Translations under genes and position numbers: made by a program | Origin: Antedon mediterranea | Lineage: Eukaryota; Animalia; Echinodermata | Direction: 5' to 3' | Assembly: GCF_964355755.1 (NCBI RefSeq) | Contig: NC_092670.1 | Location: forward strand, 35,204,388 to 35,268,387 | DNA: 64,000 nucleotides | Notes under the pieces: generated by a model | Seen by the model: only the letters and a program-made list of their open reading frames with translations | Databases searched by the model: none | Told to the model about the DNA's origin: nothing | Shown here: piece after piece, positions 12,301 through 24,400 of the stretch | Layout: every line of letters begins with the position of its first letter | Position numbering within the stretch: the stretch's first letter is position 1

Positions 12301-14640
12301 TCTCCCAAGACAAAAAGACTGCAACACCACTCAAAACACAGTTTTCTGGAAAACCAGACATATTATACTAACCCAAAGTTGTCCTGTATTGGAAGAGTTC
12401 TGTATACAGTATATGTATTTTTTTAATGATAGGGGGGGGGGGGGGGAACCATTATTCCATAGCAGATATAACAGTGTGTCATATTTCAATTTCAATTTCC
12501 ACAATATGACATTCATGATAATACACAATGACATAATATTAAACTAGTTTGTTAATACATAACATTGCATATAAATACAATGAACTTAAAGCTGTATACA
12601 TGATATATACACTGTGTACTGTATTGTTTATAATTTCACTTTATTCATTGAAATATTGTATTTTAATTCTATTTTCATCCTAGGACCAGTCTGTTTCCAC
12701 AAGCCAGGCAGTATCTGAAGATGAGCCACCAGCTCTGAAAAAGGTAAAACAAGTCAATTACAAAAAATTGTTATTAACAAAAATGCCCTTGCGATTGAAT
12801 TGATGGCACTTTGGCACGAATCCGTTAAAGAAATGATCCATATATTTATTATTCTAGTGTCGAAATGTTGTGGTTGAAGAGCTAACCCCGGTTATCAACA
12901 AAGATGGAGGATGTGATTGTCATGAAAAATACAGCACCATCTTTTCCGACTTCAAAGCACGCCTAGAGCTGGAAGCTCAGACTAACAGAGAGAAGGCAGT
13001 GACAACAGCTGTTGATAAGGTATCATCATCTCCTTTCCTACATTTTAGTCGAGTTGAGTAGCCGAGTGGTTAAGACCACTCTGCCGCAAACCATAGCCAT
13101 ACAATTGGCACAGGTTCAAGTCACTCCTCAACCAATATTCAGGTGGTAGAACAAGTCTTCTAAGATAAGGACCGAAAACTGGAGGTCCAGTGTACACATT
13201 TAGCTCGTGTGCACTTTAAAGAACCTAATATATCTTTCTGAAGAATAGGGGGTTACCCCAGTGTACTGGTCCATTCAGCCCTGTCGTTGTGGACAGACGA
13301 ACGGACACCATTTGGTGGCAGTATTCGACATGAAGGGACCCTTAGGTTAGTAGAAAGTTTTAGTATGTGTCGTCCACACATGTGCGCAATTCAGCCCAGT
13401 TAGGCTGCAAGTCGCAGGTTATTCGCCCATTTACATTCACCCATTCACTTATTTTGTATGCTGCTTTTATGCTGTCATGAGTGTTCAATACCACACAACA
13501 CAGCTGGCCATGTAACATTACTATATAGATATTATATGTTTATGCTCATTTTTTATTGTTCAATATAATAGATAAACCTGACTTTTTATGTGTATATCTT
13601 AAGGTTAAGAAAAAATTGGAAGATGAAAAGAAAAAAGCAATCACGGCAGAACGTGAGATGATGCAAAAGGAAATAGAAAAACTGGCGGAGGAATTCGAGC
13701 GGTACAAAGAAGAGGCCGAAGAAGAGACTAAATCGACAATAGAAAAACACAGAGAGGAGATCTCTAACACTAAAAAACGCCAATGGGTAAGATATTTGTA
13801 TTCTACAATGAATTATAGTATAATACCCGTTTCACACCAAAACTCCGGAGACACCCCGGGGTTTATGACCATTCAAAACGTTGAGAAACTCTGGAGATAC
13901 CCCTTTCACACCAATCTAGCAACACCAGGGTTTATAAAATAAAATTGTAAATGTCGCCCTCTATTTTGTTTGTTTACATAGCGAAGATCATTAGAATCAT
14001 TTTAATTGATAATATTTTTTTTTTAATAATTATTTTCAAAAGTCTCGGAAGTCATATAATGTTTTATTGATACTATTTTTTAGACCTGCTATATATTTTG
14101 TACAAATATTTAAAGTATAACTCCGGAGTTTGATGTTGTTACCTTTCACACCAAAACGGAGAACATTCATCTGTTCAATCCCGCTGTTTTGAACTCCAGA
14201 GTTGTTTGATTTTACCTTTCACACCAAAAAAATGGGGTGTCAACTCCGGAGTGTCTCCGGAGTTTTGCTTTTGGTGTGAAAGGGGTATATGAGAGTTGTA
14301 ATGTAATTGTTCTAGGTGAAGATGGATAGAAACACCCATCTTCTACCCATCCTAGTTTTAACATAACACCCAAGAATCTTTAAAGCTCTGTCTACACTAT
14401 CAAACTTTATGTGACAAACAAATTTGATGTGCCCATATATGGCATATCACTACCATATTTGAGCACATCACACTTTTTTCTACACAATGTTGATGTTGTT
14501 TTATTTTTTTGCTACAGTGTATCAATTGTGAACAAGAGGCCATGTATCATTGTTGCTGGAACACTTCTTACTGTAGTATCAACTGTCAACAGGGACACTG
14601 GCACAAAGAACACAAGAAACTCTGTCGACGTAAACGTTAG
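309..14640 (+). CDS. ZMYND11: Zinc finger MYND domain protein 11 (BS69), 5'-partial. Exons 309-455, 1130-1213, 4011-4106, 8534-8677, 9990-10070, 11009-11127, 11903-12119, 12684-12743, 12858-13019, 13604-13786, 14518-14640
   Basis: All exons have AG/GT boundaries and consistent phase. They translate to a PHD finger ([28 protein letters not shown]), a bromodomain ([17 protein letters not shown]), a Zn motif (CKDCY...WFCRPC), a PWWP domain ([15 protein letters not shown]...[15 protein letters not shown]), a coiled coil and a terminal MYND finger ([45 protein letters not shown]). This matches the known ZMYND11 architecture. N-terminal exons lie before the window. Confidence 0.95.
1549..1868 (+). 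mobile_element. tRNA-headed SINE with Deu/Nin-type core
   Basis: tRNA-like head (gagttagtggccaagcaggttaa). Core ggataaggactataaaccgtaggtcc...gtgcactttaaagaacc...gagtaaggattaccccggtgtac resembles the DeuSINE/Nin domain. A-rich tail. Second copy at ~13049-13500 and a degenerate split copy near 23310-24420. Confidence 0.7.
3723..3860. mobile_element. Copy of the most abundant MITE family in the window (TIR AGCTCTGTCTACACTATCAAAC, TWA flanks, PIF/Harbinger-like)
   Basis: The same TIR and internal atcactaccatatttggg repeats recur at ~8694-9011, 11653-11793, 14384-14480, 19195-20529 (interrupted), 22111-22384, 22678-22818, 25153-25272, 25772-25812, 28271-28425, 57350-57380, 59477-59616, 60790-60910 and 62828-62981. 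Confidence 0.8.
4312..7963. mobile_element. Non-autonomous TIR element (TAGGGAG...CTCCCTA) carrying a nested element
   Basis: Left end tagggagttttcgcagtcttacgaatacgataacg. The reverse complement of the right end is tagggaggtttcgcaaccttacgaatacgataacg. Confidence 0.75.
4703..7853. mobile_element. EnSpm/CACTA-like non-autonomous element (CCC...GGG termini, AT target duplication, subterminal ctctatagaaa-type repeats)
   Basis: at|CCCTTACAAAAA ... TTTTTGTAAGGG|at. Dense ~11-bp (t)ctatagaaa repeat arrays at 4715-5230 and 7690-7840. A smaller internal copy at 7302-7567 has the same ends. The superfamily call is inferred from the termini and the 2-bp TSD. Confidence 0.7.
9630..9929. mobile_element. 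MITE family with TIR AGCGTGGTTCCCACTAG (Harbinger-like)
   Basis: Same TIR at ~31003-31330 (rearranged), 32395-32452 (fragment), 33060-33235 and 51014-51192. Flanked by TAA/TTA. Confidence 0.7.
13049..13500 (+). mobile_element. Deu/Nin-core SINE copy
   Basis: Head gagttgagtagccgagtggttaagac, B-box-like ggttcaagtc, core ataaggaccgaaaactggaggtccagtgtacac...gtgcactttaaagaacc. Homologous to 1549-1868. Confidence 0.7.
13824..14287. mobile_element. MITE with TIR ACCCGTTTCACACCAAAA and internal ctccggag palindromes
   Basis: tacccgtttcacaccaaaactccggagacac at the left end. gtgtctccggagttttgcttttggtgtgaaaggggta at the right end. Confidence 0.65.
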
Positions 14641-15999
14641 CAGAACATAAGCATGACAACTATTTCAAAAACTATTTTAAATGTTATTATTTTTGCACTT
14701 TTGTTATTTTAACTTCTCAAAAACAACTATGTAAGAGCAGAATTTCTTTTTTTTTAAATATTTAATTCTTTTTTAAAAAGTAGTTTAAATTTTAACCACC
14801 TGAGAAATATCATTTTGTTTCAAAGTTTTTAAGTTACTTTTCGATTTCTTGGTGTGACGTGCTTGTGTGTGTATATGTTGACGATCAAGGGAGGAATATG
14901 ACTCTTGAAATGTTAGATAACTTTCTATGAAAAAATACAACTTAAACATAATCTTTGTAATGGTTTAAAATTAAATCATTGTGTGATAGGCGAGCAAGAT
15001 TATTATTGGTAGTAGGACCGTGAGGCTATAGCCTATTACAGGGAGGCACTACTTTATGTATTTCCCTAAGGTTGTAGGCCTATCACATGTTAATATAATG
15101 AAGTTTTATTATGCTTGTTAGTAACAGGCCTTGCCTTTGTCAGTGGGTCTTTCCATGAATTTGATGTGGGTTAAATCAACTCGACCCCACCCTTCCAAAT
15201 AGTTTTGTAGGGAAAAAATTGAGACGTTAGATGTCACTTGGAAATGGCACTGTACTTGACACTAGTAATTGACACTTAGACTATAACAAAAAGGAACTTT
15301 TTAAAAGTTGCTTCTGGTTTGAAATTGATAAAAATGAAAGAAACCAGACCACTATTGTAAACAGGAATTCATTTATGTCGTAATCTAAACCGGTTTCCAA
15401 ATTTTGAAAAATGTATTATAAGTACTTACTATAATTTATAACTGTAACTGTACATATTTATTAAAAAAAACAATAAAAATATTTTAACCTTTTCGGTTAT
15501 AAATTTTAAAAGATTTATAGTACTAAATGAAATAGAATTAATGGTATAATACTCGATTGTTGATTCAGCCAAAAGCTAAACTTGTACATATTTGTATATT
15601 TATATATCTATAATATCTGTGCATTTGATGTTACATATATGTATTTTATCCCTATGTTAACACAGGACCAACTTATTGTGGTTCTCAAATAAGGTTTATT
15701 TTTCCGCTTGTTGTAGTGTATAGAATGTATTTTGAAACTTCTGTCAACCCCTATCCTGGGGACACCCCTTATTAGTGGTCACTTTGTTTTCCGCCTTAAT
15801 GGGGGTTCTCTACTGTATAGAATATTATAGGCCTTTTTGTATAAAAATGTAGTTTTATGAGTATTATTACAGAGGTGTGGTCGTGATGCTGTTTCCTGGA
15901 ACAAAAATATAATGAACCCAAATTGACCCATTGACCTCAAATTGACCCATTGACCCAAGTATATTTTGTTGTCCTATGTATACTAGCAATTCTGTACCG

Positions 16000-16560
16000 G
16001 ATTAACTAGGATAAGTATTTAATCTAGACGGATTTATTATGAATACTACAATGCTAATCCTGATGCTAATTATGAAATATGTCCATTACTATAAACAAGA
16101 TATTAAAAAGGAGGAAGAATTTATTAGGTCTTTGTACAATCAAATACTATGAAAATGATAACCAATTTGTACCCATTTGGATTAAACGTTCCACATTTTA
16201 TCAATACCTAGACAAATGGATTAATATTGCAGATTAACCAGGATTAAACATAATTTGGGATTAAGAAGGATTTATTGGGTCTTTCTGCAATCAAATACTA
16301 CAAAAATGATAACCAATCTGTACCCATTTTGATTAAATGTTCCAAATGTTATCAATACCTAAACTAATGGATTAATATTGCAGATTAACCAGGATTAAAC
16401 ATAATTTGGGATCTAGAGGGATTTATTAAGGCTTTCTATTAAAACACAGAGAATTGTTCCTTTTTTTTTTAATGTTCACATTTTATCAATTGCTAGACAA
16501 AGAATTTTCTATTCTGGATTAAATAGGATTTAAATGCATTGGGATTAGAGAATGGATTAA
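16000..16560. repeat. Degenerate ~150-bp tandem repeat (3-4 units) downstream of the ZMYND11 stop
   Basis: The blocks atttattaggtcttt...caaatacta..aaaatgataaccaat and aatggattaatattgcagattaaccaggattaaacataatttggga recur at ~150-bp spacing. Confidence 0.65.
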
Positions 16561-18447
16561 GCAAAATTTGATAAGGGTTTAATATTTGAAGATAAAACGT
16601 TTTAATTCCAGTTATATATATATATATATAAAATGCCCACACCAGCTTAAACATTCCATGTATATAAAATAATAATATTAAAATATATATATATATAAAT
16701 GTTGATGTATCAATTTTTAAGTGCATGCGGTTTGGAATATTTTAATAGATTTTGATATCATCGCATTATATATAAGCTTATAACTTTTGTAATCGTAATA
16801 TTTAAAACTGCCTTTTCTGATAGCCTTATATACTGTACTGCTGTATATTCATTTTGTTTATTTTTGTGGTATTGTCGTAGAAGTTACTATTTTATATTAA
16901 GTTTTTGTTTGTATATTGAAAATTTAAGTTGACATACTATAAGTTTAGAACTGAGATATTTTTTTTTTTCATTTTAAATTTTTCAAACATAAACCATTCG
17001 TCATAGACGTTACTATCTGTGTTTGTGCTTTTAAATAAATGTTTATTTTTGCATATTGATAAGTTAAAATACTGTAAGTTTAGAACTAGATATTTTATTT
17101 ATATTTTCGTTTGATTTGTTTAAAACAAAAATAAAACGCACATAATTACAGAAGTAGACAATAATAGTTAGATTATCTAAATCTAAGAAGATTATTTTTA
17201 ATCCTCTTTCAAATTAAAATATTTTGCAATTTTGGACATTATAACTGGAAAGAAGCACAACTGAGCATTAATTGACGGTTTAGTGGTCCTGTATATATTA
17301 TACACAGTTTTTAAAATTTAATTTAATTAACGTTGCATTTTAAATTTCTATTAAATAGTCTAATTTGTGTTGGTTAATAATATAATATTTCAGTCATCTT
17401 TAATTTTAAGTTTGACATAATATCATATTAAGCTTATAATTTAGTTGTTTTATTGGATAAATATTACTGTTTCTGTTTATGATGTCTAGTTCTTAGGTAA
17501 CTTCAGAGAACTATTAAAAGAAGTATTTATAAGTATTTTTACAACAGATTGCAAGTACAGTAATATAGAGGTAAATATTGTGTATAAGAGTGTTAAAACA
17601 AAATGTCATGAGTAAATGTTATAGGTCAAAGTTTATGATGACATTGTGTCAATGCTTTACATTTTTGTCTTAGTGGGTGCATGGACCTATAAATTACTAT
17701 AAATCTTCTAATTGAAACGCGAGGTTATTGTTCTTTGATTGTTTTTTAGGGTGGGTTACTATTAGAGTAGTGGGTTACTATTACTAATCTTAAATTAGGC
17801 ATCTGAAAATAGTAACCCACCCCCAACTTTTCTGGTCAGCAACTCATAGCAAAATAATAAAACAGTAGGAATAAACAAATTTGGTTGAACTAACTTTATT
17901 TTATAAACTCAAAAACACTCAATCCTCCTTCACTCCCGATATCAACATGCATTATCTCCTTATTTTGCGAAATACGGTTTTTGTGACTCTAATAGTAACC
18001 CCCATGAGTTATTATAGATTGACTTATAATGTGAGTTAACTATTAGAAGGGTGGTTACTATTAGAGTGTTGGTTTACTATTAGAAGATTTACGGGTCCAT
18101 GGTGAATGTATAATGTGTTTTTAATCGGAAGCAAAATAATATTGGATTGCACTGGAAACTTTTTTTTTATGACTACCGCTATTAAAATTTACTCCTTCTC
18201 ATCTGTTAGATAATTATAATTAAACTAGATACAGACATTCCCTTCTATTCTAACCTTGTTTTATAAAATGTCTATACTGTCATACGCTACAAATGTATAC
18301 AAAATGGGATCCTGATTGGTTGGTTGTTTGTTTTCGAAACTACTGATGCGTATCAAATTGTATTTTTTTTGCGACGTGATATTTGTGGTTTTGATAATCG
18401 TGTTTTCATTTTTCTGTTACTATATACCTTTTAAAAGCTGTATAAAT

Positions 18448-21400
18448 ATGACAAAGGTTGTAGAATGTGTGCCAAATTTTTCAGAAGGACAAAATAAAGA
18501 GGTAATACCTATTTTATACACTAGTGTAAGTTGAAATTAGTGTATGCTAGGCCGGCTCTCTCTAGGCCTAGCCCTGTCTTAACTGCATGAAACACGTGAA
18601 CCGTGTAGTAGCCGAACCGTAATAGCGTACATAGGCATAATAAACCGGCTTTGTTATTGGAAACAGGAAATCGACGTTAGGCTTCAAGTAATCGATATTC
18701 TACCTATAATAATAATATATTAGTTTAAGACGTTAATACTAATACTATATAAATGCCCGGCATCTCGGCAATAATAGACCTTTGTTTGTAACAAACAATA
18801 ATTAATACATCATCATCAATTGTTTTTTCCTGACAAAATTAATATGTGGTTCCATTTTATATTATGATTTTAAAATTTTGTCATTCAATTTATACCACAT
18901 TTGCATTACGGAATAAAATTAAAACACGCCTTGAATTTTGTTTTGCAGGTCGTGGAGGCCTTAGCAAATGCTGTTATGCAAACTGATGGTTGTCGTCTGC
19001 TTGATGTTGACCCAGGCCCGTCTACAAACAGAACAGTATTTACCTTTGTTGGTTCACCCGAAGATGTCGTCGAAGGAGCTCTTAACATGTCAAGGGTCGC
19101 TTTCTCGCTTATTGACATGTCTAGTCATAAAGGTTGTTATTTACTTTTGAGTGTACAGTATTGGTACAATGGTTGCTAATGTGTTTTCCACTAAAGCTCT
19201 ATCTACACTATCAACATAGTTTGACAAAAAAAGTGTGATGTGCCGAAATATGGTAGTAATATGCCCAAATATAGTAGTGATATGATGTCATTTCCATGGG
19301 CATATCATGTAAGAGTGTGTCGCAGGGTGTTGTACGTTTGACTACTGGTCATGAGATCGCGGTTCGAATCCAACTCTGCCGCATTGCTTGTTTCCTTTGG
19401 CAAGATACTTTACTTACGTTTGCCTCTCCCCACCCAGGTGAATAAATGGGTACCCGGTTAGATCAAGACACAATTGTCGTATTCGAGTGGACCGTTGAGT
19501 AGTTATTCCGTTGAGTACTTCTTTAACGGAGTATTTTGAGCGTTGAGATTGTTCTTAACGAAAAAGCTTTTGCTGTCAACGTTTTCTATTCGAATGACTT
19601 TCTGTTGAGCACAAATTTACAATTCGAATACAAAAAGTACTCAACGAATCTTTACATTGACACGAAAGTTTCCAATCGAATACGACAAATGTTACACTGA
19701 TTACTAGCTGCAGCTGCATTATGGGATAATGTTTCCATGAATTTGATCCTACGCAGACCTAAACCGTCTCGGCCAAAGTCATGTCAGCCCCACGTCAACT
19801 CGGCCACACATCAACTCGGCCTCAAGTCATCTCAGCACATCATCTTAACCAAAAACTAATCAGTCAACTCGGCCCCAATAAAGTATAGAACACAAAAAGC
19901 GAAGCGAATTGATAAAATAATTTTAAATATATTATTTTTTATAAAAATTTTTTTCACTGTAATTTAATAATATCCATCTATATCTAAGAATATTTCGATT
20001 CATTCTGGGAAAATCCCAGTATCAAAATATATAGGCCTAGGCTAGGCCTATATAACAACATACTGAGACAATAACATCACAACTAATATTTAAATAAATT
20101 AAACGAAAAACGACCGAGTGTGTTATAATTTATATTGAATTTTCCGTTTTATTTTGTCTAGCCTAGGCCTAACCTTAGTAGCCTAATCCTGCCACTATAA
20201 TATCAACTATTAGAACTTTTTGCGTTTCATACTTTAATGGGCCGAATTGACCGATTAGTATTTAGCCGAGTTGACTTGAGGCCGACTTGACTTGGGGCCG
20301 AGTTGACTTTGGGCCGACTTGACGTGGGGCCGACTTGACGTGGGGCCGAGACGGTTAGGGCCGAGTTGACCTGCACCCGTTTTCCATACATGTTTGATGC
20401 AAAAAATGACTGGGGTAATAATGTTTCACAACATTATGCACTATCTAATTAAATCTATGATAATTATATTATATTATTATTATTATCACATTTTTTTGTC
20501 ACATACAGTTTGATAGGGTAGACAGTGCTTAACAAATAAACATTGTTACAATTGTATTTGGATTTATTATGTGCACGCCTAGCCTCAGAGAATTCTCAAG
20601 AGGCAAATATTTACCCAGACACAAGAATTTCAAGTTTCAAATTAGAAGGCTGACTTTTCTCTTTTCGAAATTGGTTGTTGTTCTGTCTATAGAGGAAATC
20701 TTATCTATTTCCTTTTAGCCCTTTAATCATTACTAAACACCTGTTTTTTTACAAAATAAATTTAAGATATGAAAGTAATCTATTTTTCATCTAATCTATA
20801 AAAATGCTAACCAAATTTGTTTTGTATTGTTGTATATGATTGTCAAGTCAAGTCAAGTCAAGTATCATTTATTATCATTTGTTTTAGGAAAAACATAGAA
20901 ATTCTGTTTGCTCTGTTGGCGGAGCACAATATCCAACGGACACAACACGAACTCAAAAACAAAAACATTACAAAAAAAAGTGTCTACATCATATTTAAGG
21001 CTCTAATAGATCCTGGAAAGAAACTATTTGTAAATCGTGCCTTATTGGCCTTAATAGAACGAAATCGCCGACCGCTGCGCATCAACTGGAACATACTAGA
21101 GGCCGGATGAAATTGATCATCTTTGATAGCCACTGCCTTTTTCAGAAGACGATCCGAAAATATGTTCTCCAAAGGCAGTTGTGCAGATCCAATTATACGC
21201 GATGCGGTCTTGACTATTCTATTTAGGTCACGCTTTTCATTTTCGGTAGCGCTACCGAACCATACCGTTAAAGAATACGTTATTACACTCTCTATAACTG
21301 ACCTATAGAAGGACGACATTATTTCAGAGTTTATACCAAATGATTTAAGTCTACGTAGGAAGTAGATTCTTCTTTGGGCCTTTCTAATAATGTTACGTGT

Positions 21401-24400
21401 GTTAATATGCCACTTCAGATCATTTGAAATATAAATACCCAAGAATTTAAATTCTTCTACAAACTCAACTGATATACCATTAATAAATATTGGATATTTG
21501 ACATTAAGTGATTTACGGAAGTCTACAACCATTTCTTTAGTCTTAGATACATTCAAGAACAGATTGTTTTCGTTACACCAGTCTACAACTCGTTTAACTT
21601 GGTTGCGATAATTAGACTCATCACTGTCATCATTGTATAGAGTATCATGGTGCTGACGTCACGACGGTACAGTAGGTGGCACTGCGTGGTTGCTAGCGCA
21701 ACCAAAAGTGCGTTCAGCCTGCCTGAGTGACTCCAAGATCACCAATGGTTTGGAATAGGCTTATTGAAGTAGTCATTTTAAAACTTAATAATTTCAATAA
21801 AAAAAAACTTAAATTTCAAAAGATCACTAAATATTTGTTTTAATAATCTATTTATATTCAACTACAGTTTAAGTTAAAAAAAATCAAGCTAAGATACATA
21901 ATTTGATAGAAATACAGATCTTTACTGTTTATCAACATAGTAGCGCTGAACGCATTTTTTGGTTGTCTAGCAACCATGCAGCGCCCTCTATCGTTGTGAC
22001 GTCACACCATGATACTCTATTATGTTTATCTGGTTTGTAGTTAGTACTATTGATGAATTTATAAATTTATTTTTAACAAACCAACTGGTTAGGTTACCTG
22101 TTGTTCATAAAGCTCTGTCTGCACTGTCAAAAATGTTTTAAATTTAATATTTATTCAATTTTCTGCTATATACAATACAAAGACAAAACAAATATAAAAG
22201 GCAAGGAAAGACTAAATACCTATGCTAGTTGGTCAACCCAGAACAGAACACAGAAAAAAAAAAATTACTTTCTACAAGAAAATGTGATGTGGCCATATAT
22301 GGACATGATGATGTCATATCACTGCCATATTTGGGCACATCACAGTTTTTTTCAACAAACTAGTTTGATAGTGTAGACAGAGCTTAAAGAAAATCAATAA
22401 ATTCAAGGTCAATAATTCTGTTTATTTTAGGAGAACATCCTAGGATGGGTGCCCTAGATGTGTGCCCATTTGTACCCGTTGCCAACGTTACGATGGAAGA
22501 GTGTGTTGAATGTGCCAACAATTTTGGAAAACGTTTAGCAGCAGAATTGAATGTTCCAGGTAAGTCCTTTTTCTTGAAATATTTCTTAACAAGACCATAT
22601 ACAGTCGCGTGCTCAAGTTAGTGTTTACAGACCAACCAACTGACTGACAGAAGCTGTAGAAAGATTGTTGAACATAAAGCCCTGTATACACTATCAAACG
22701 TTATGTGACAAAAAAATGTGCCCATATATGGACATGATAATGTCATATCACTACCATATTTGAGCATATCACTACCATACTTTTTTGTCAAACTAGTTTG
22801 ATATTGTAGACAGAACTTAAATTAACTGATCTGGTCTAGTACTTTTATAAGACAATACTTAGTAGTTTTATTTAATTAAAATAATTTTGGTTAGTTTAGT
22901 ACAGTCAACTCTCCCAATACCGGACTCTCTGAAAACCAGAAACTCTCCCAATACCAGACTTTTTTTGAGGACCAAAAGGTCCCAAATTTATATTTACCAT
23001 TAAAAACACATTCCGAATACCAGACTTTCCGGAAAACCAGACTTATTTGGCCGGCCCAAAGGTGTCCGGTATTGGGAGAGTTGACTGTATATATTATTAC
23101 TGCAATTCAGCTCTTTGGGCTGCAATAGTCATATTAATTATTTTGTACCATATTTATATGTTGAATATTATATAGAGATATACTACACATATAAATTGTT
23201 TTCAATTTCAGTTTATCTTTATGGTCATGCAGCAACAAATGAATCAAGAGTTAAGTTGCCAGACATTCGTACTGGAGAATATGAAGCACTGCCAGAAAAG
23301 GTAAAAGGATGTTTGGCACAGGCTAGGAAGTTCTGGAGTCGATTCCCACCAGACCCGTTATTTTTGGACACAAACACAACAATAGTTGTGATAACGACTG
23401 TAACATGAAGGTACACTAACGCCCGTATTCTTAAACCGGACTTTAGTCGTAGTTCCAGCTAAAACTAAAAAAATGACGTCATTTTAATTCATAAACCGAA
23501 CTTCAACTAAATCACCGACTAAATCAGGCCAACCTCGACTAAATGGAGACGGATTTTGATCGATTTTTTTAGTCCTGGAGGGGGCAGACTAAATGGTCGA
23601 CTAAATGGTTTTTAAACAATGTTTATAAAAAACGTAACAGTCATTGAGTTGTTATATTGGCCAGATATTGAAGAATGAAATATCTATATTTATATTAGCT
23701 TAATTAAATATACATTGGTATAAATTATAATAATGAAAATCATCTTTATTTACAACTGTATACAAATTACATTATTTTCTTCGCGCAAGTCCGACTTGAG
23801 CTACGTCACGCCATAGCGACAATGGGAAATGCGGCAATTCACCACGCGATGGAATGTTTAGGGGGCCTAGCGCTTTCTTGTCACGCTATGAAGTGCGTGG
23901 TTCGTGGCGATCATACTTTGTTGGGGTCCTAGAAAATATAAAAGTTACCGTACCGCCATGGTTCCTAAATATATTTTTAAGATTTTATTTGTTGTTAATC
24001 AAATATACTTCACTGTTAAATTAATACTGATATTGTTCTAATAATTAACGATTAAAATTATTTTTCATGTATATAGTCCTGATGCGTAAAAAGTGTTGTA
24101 AGAAATGGAAAGTGATATCAATGCGCAAAATTTCGTCTGCTCCTCAAATACTCTCTTGTCATTGGCCAATGTATAGCCTTTGTTACCCAGACGTGTGCAA
24201 CTCGACTAAAAGCTCGACTTCATTAAGTCGAACTGCAAACTTCGACTACTTCGTTTTTGAATCAAATTTGAAGTAATAGCTCGAACTACGACTTTTCCAA
24301 GTCGAACTTCGAACTACGACTAAAGTCCGGTTTAAGAATACGGGCGTAATACACATTAGTGTGCATTCCAAAAAACCCAGGGCATCTTTCTTAAGTAGTA

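Noticed and set aside
309-14640. Assignment as ZMYND8/RACK7
   Set aside because: The protein ends right after the MYND finger (CRRKR*), has a short PWWP-to-coil linker and a KGFGYWP/RFFGxxHQRAW PWWP, all features of ZMYND11.
11855-19118. Antisense ORFs over ZMYND11 and FTCD exons (e.g. 11855-12133, 13546-13770, 18906-19118)
   Set aside because: Shadow frames of real exons on the opposite strand, with no independent splice or domain support.
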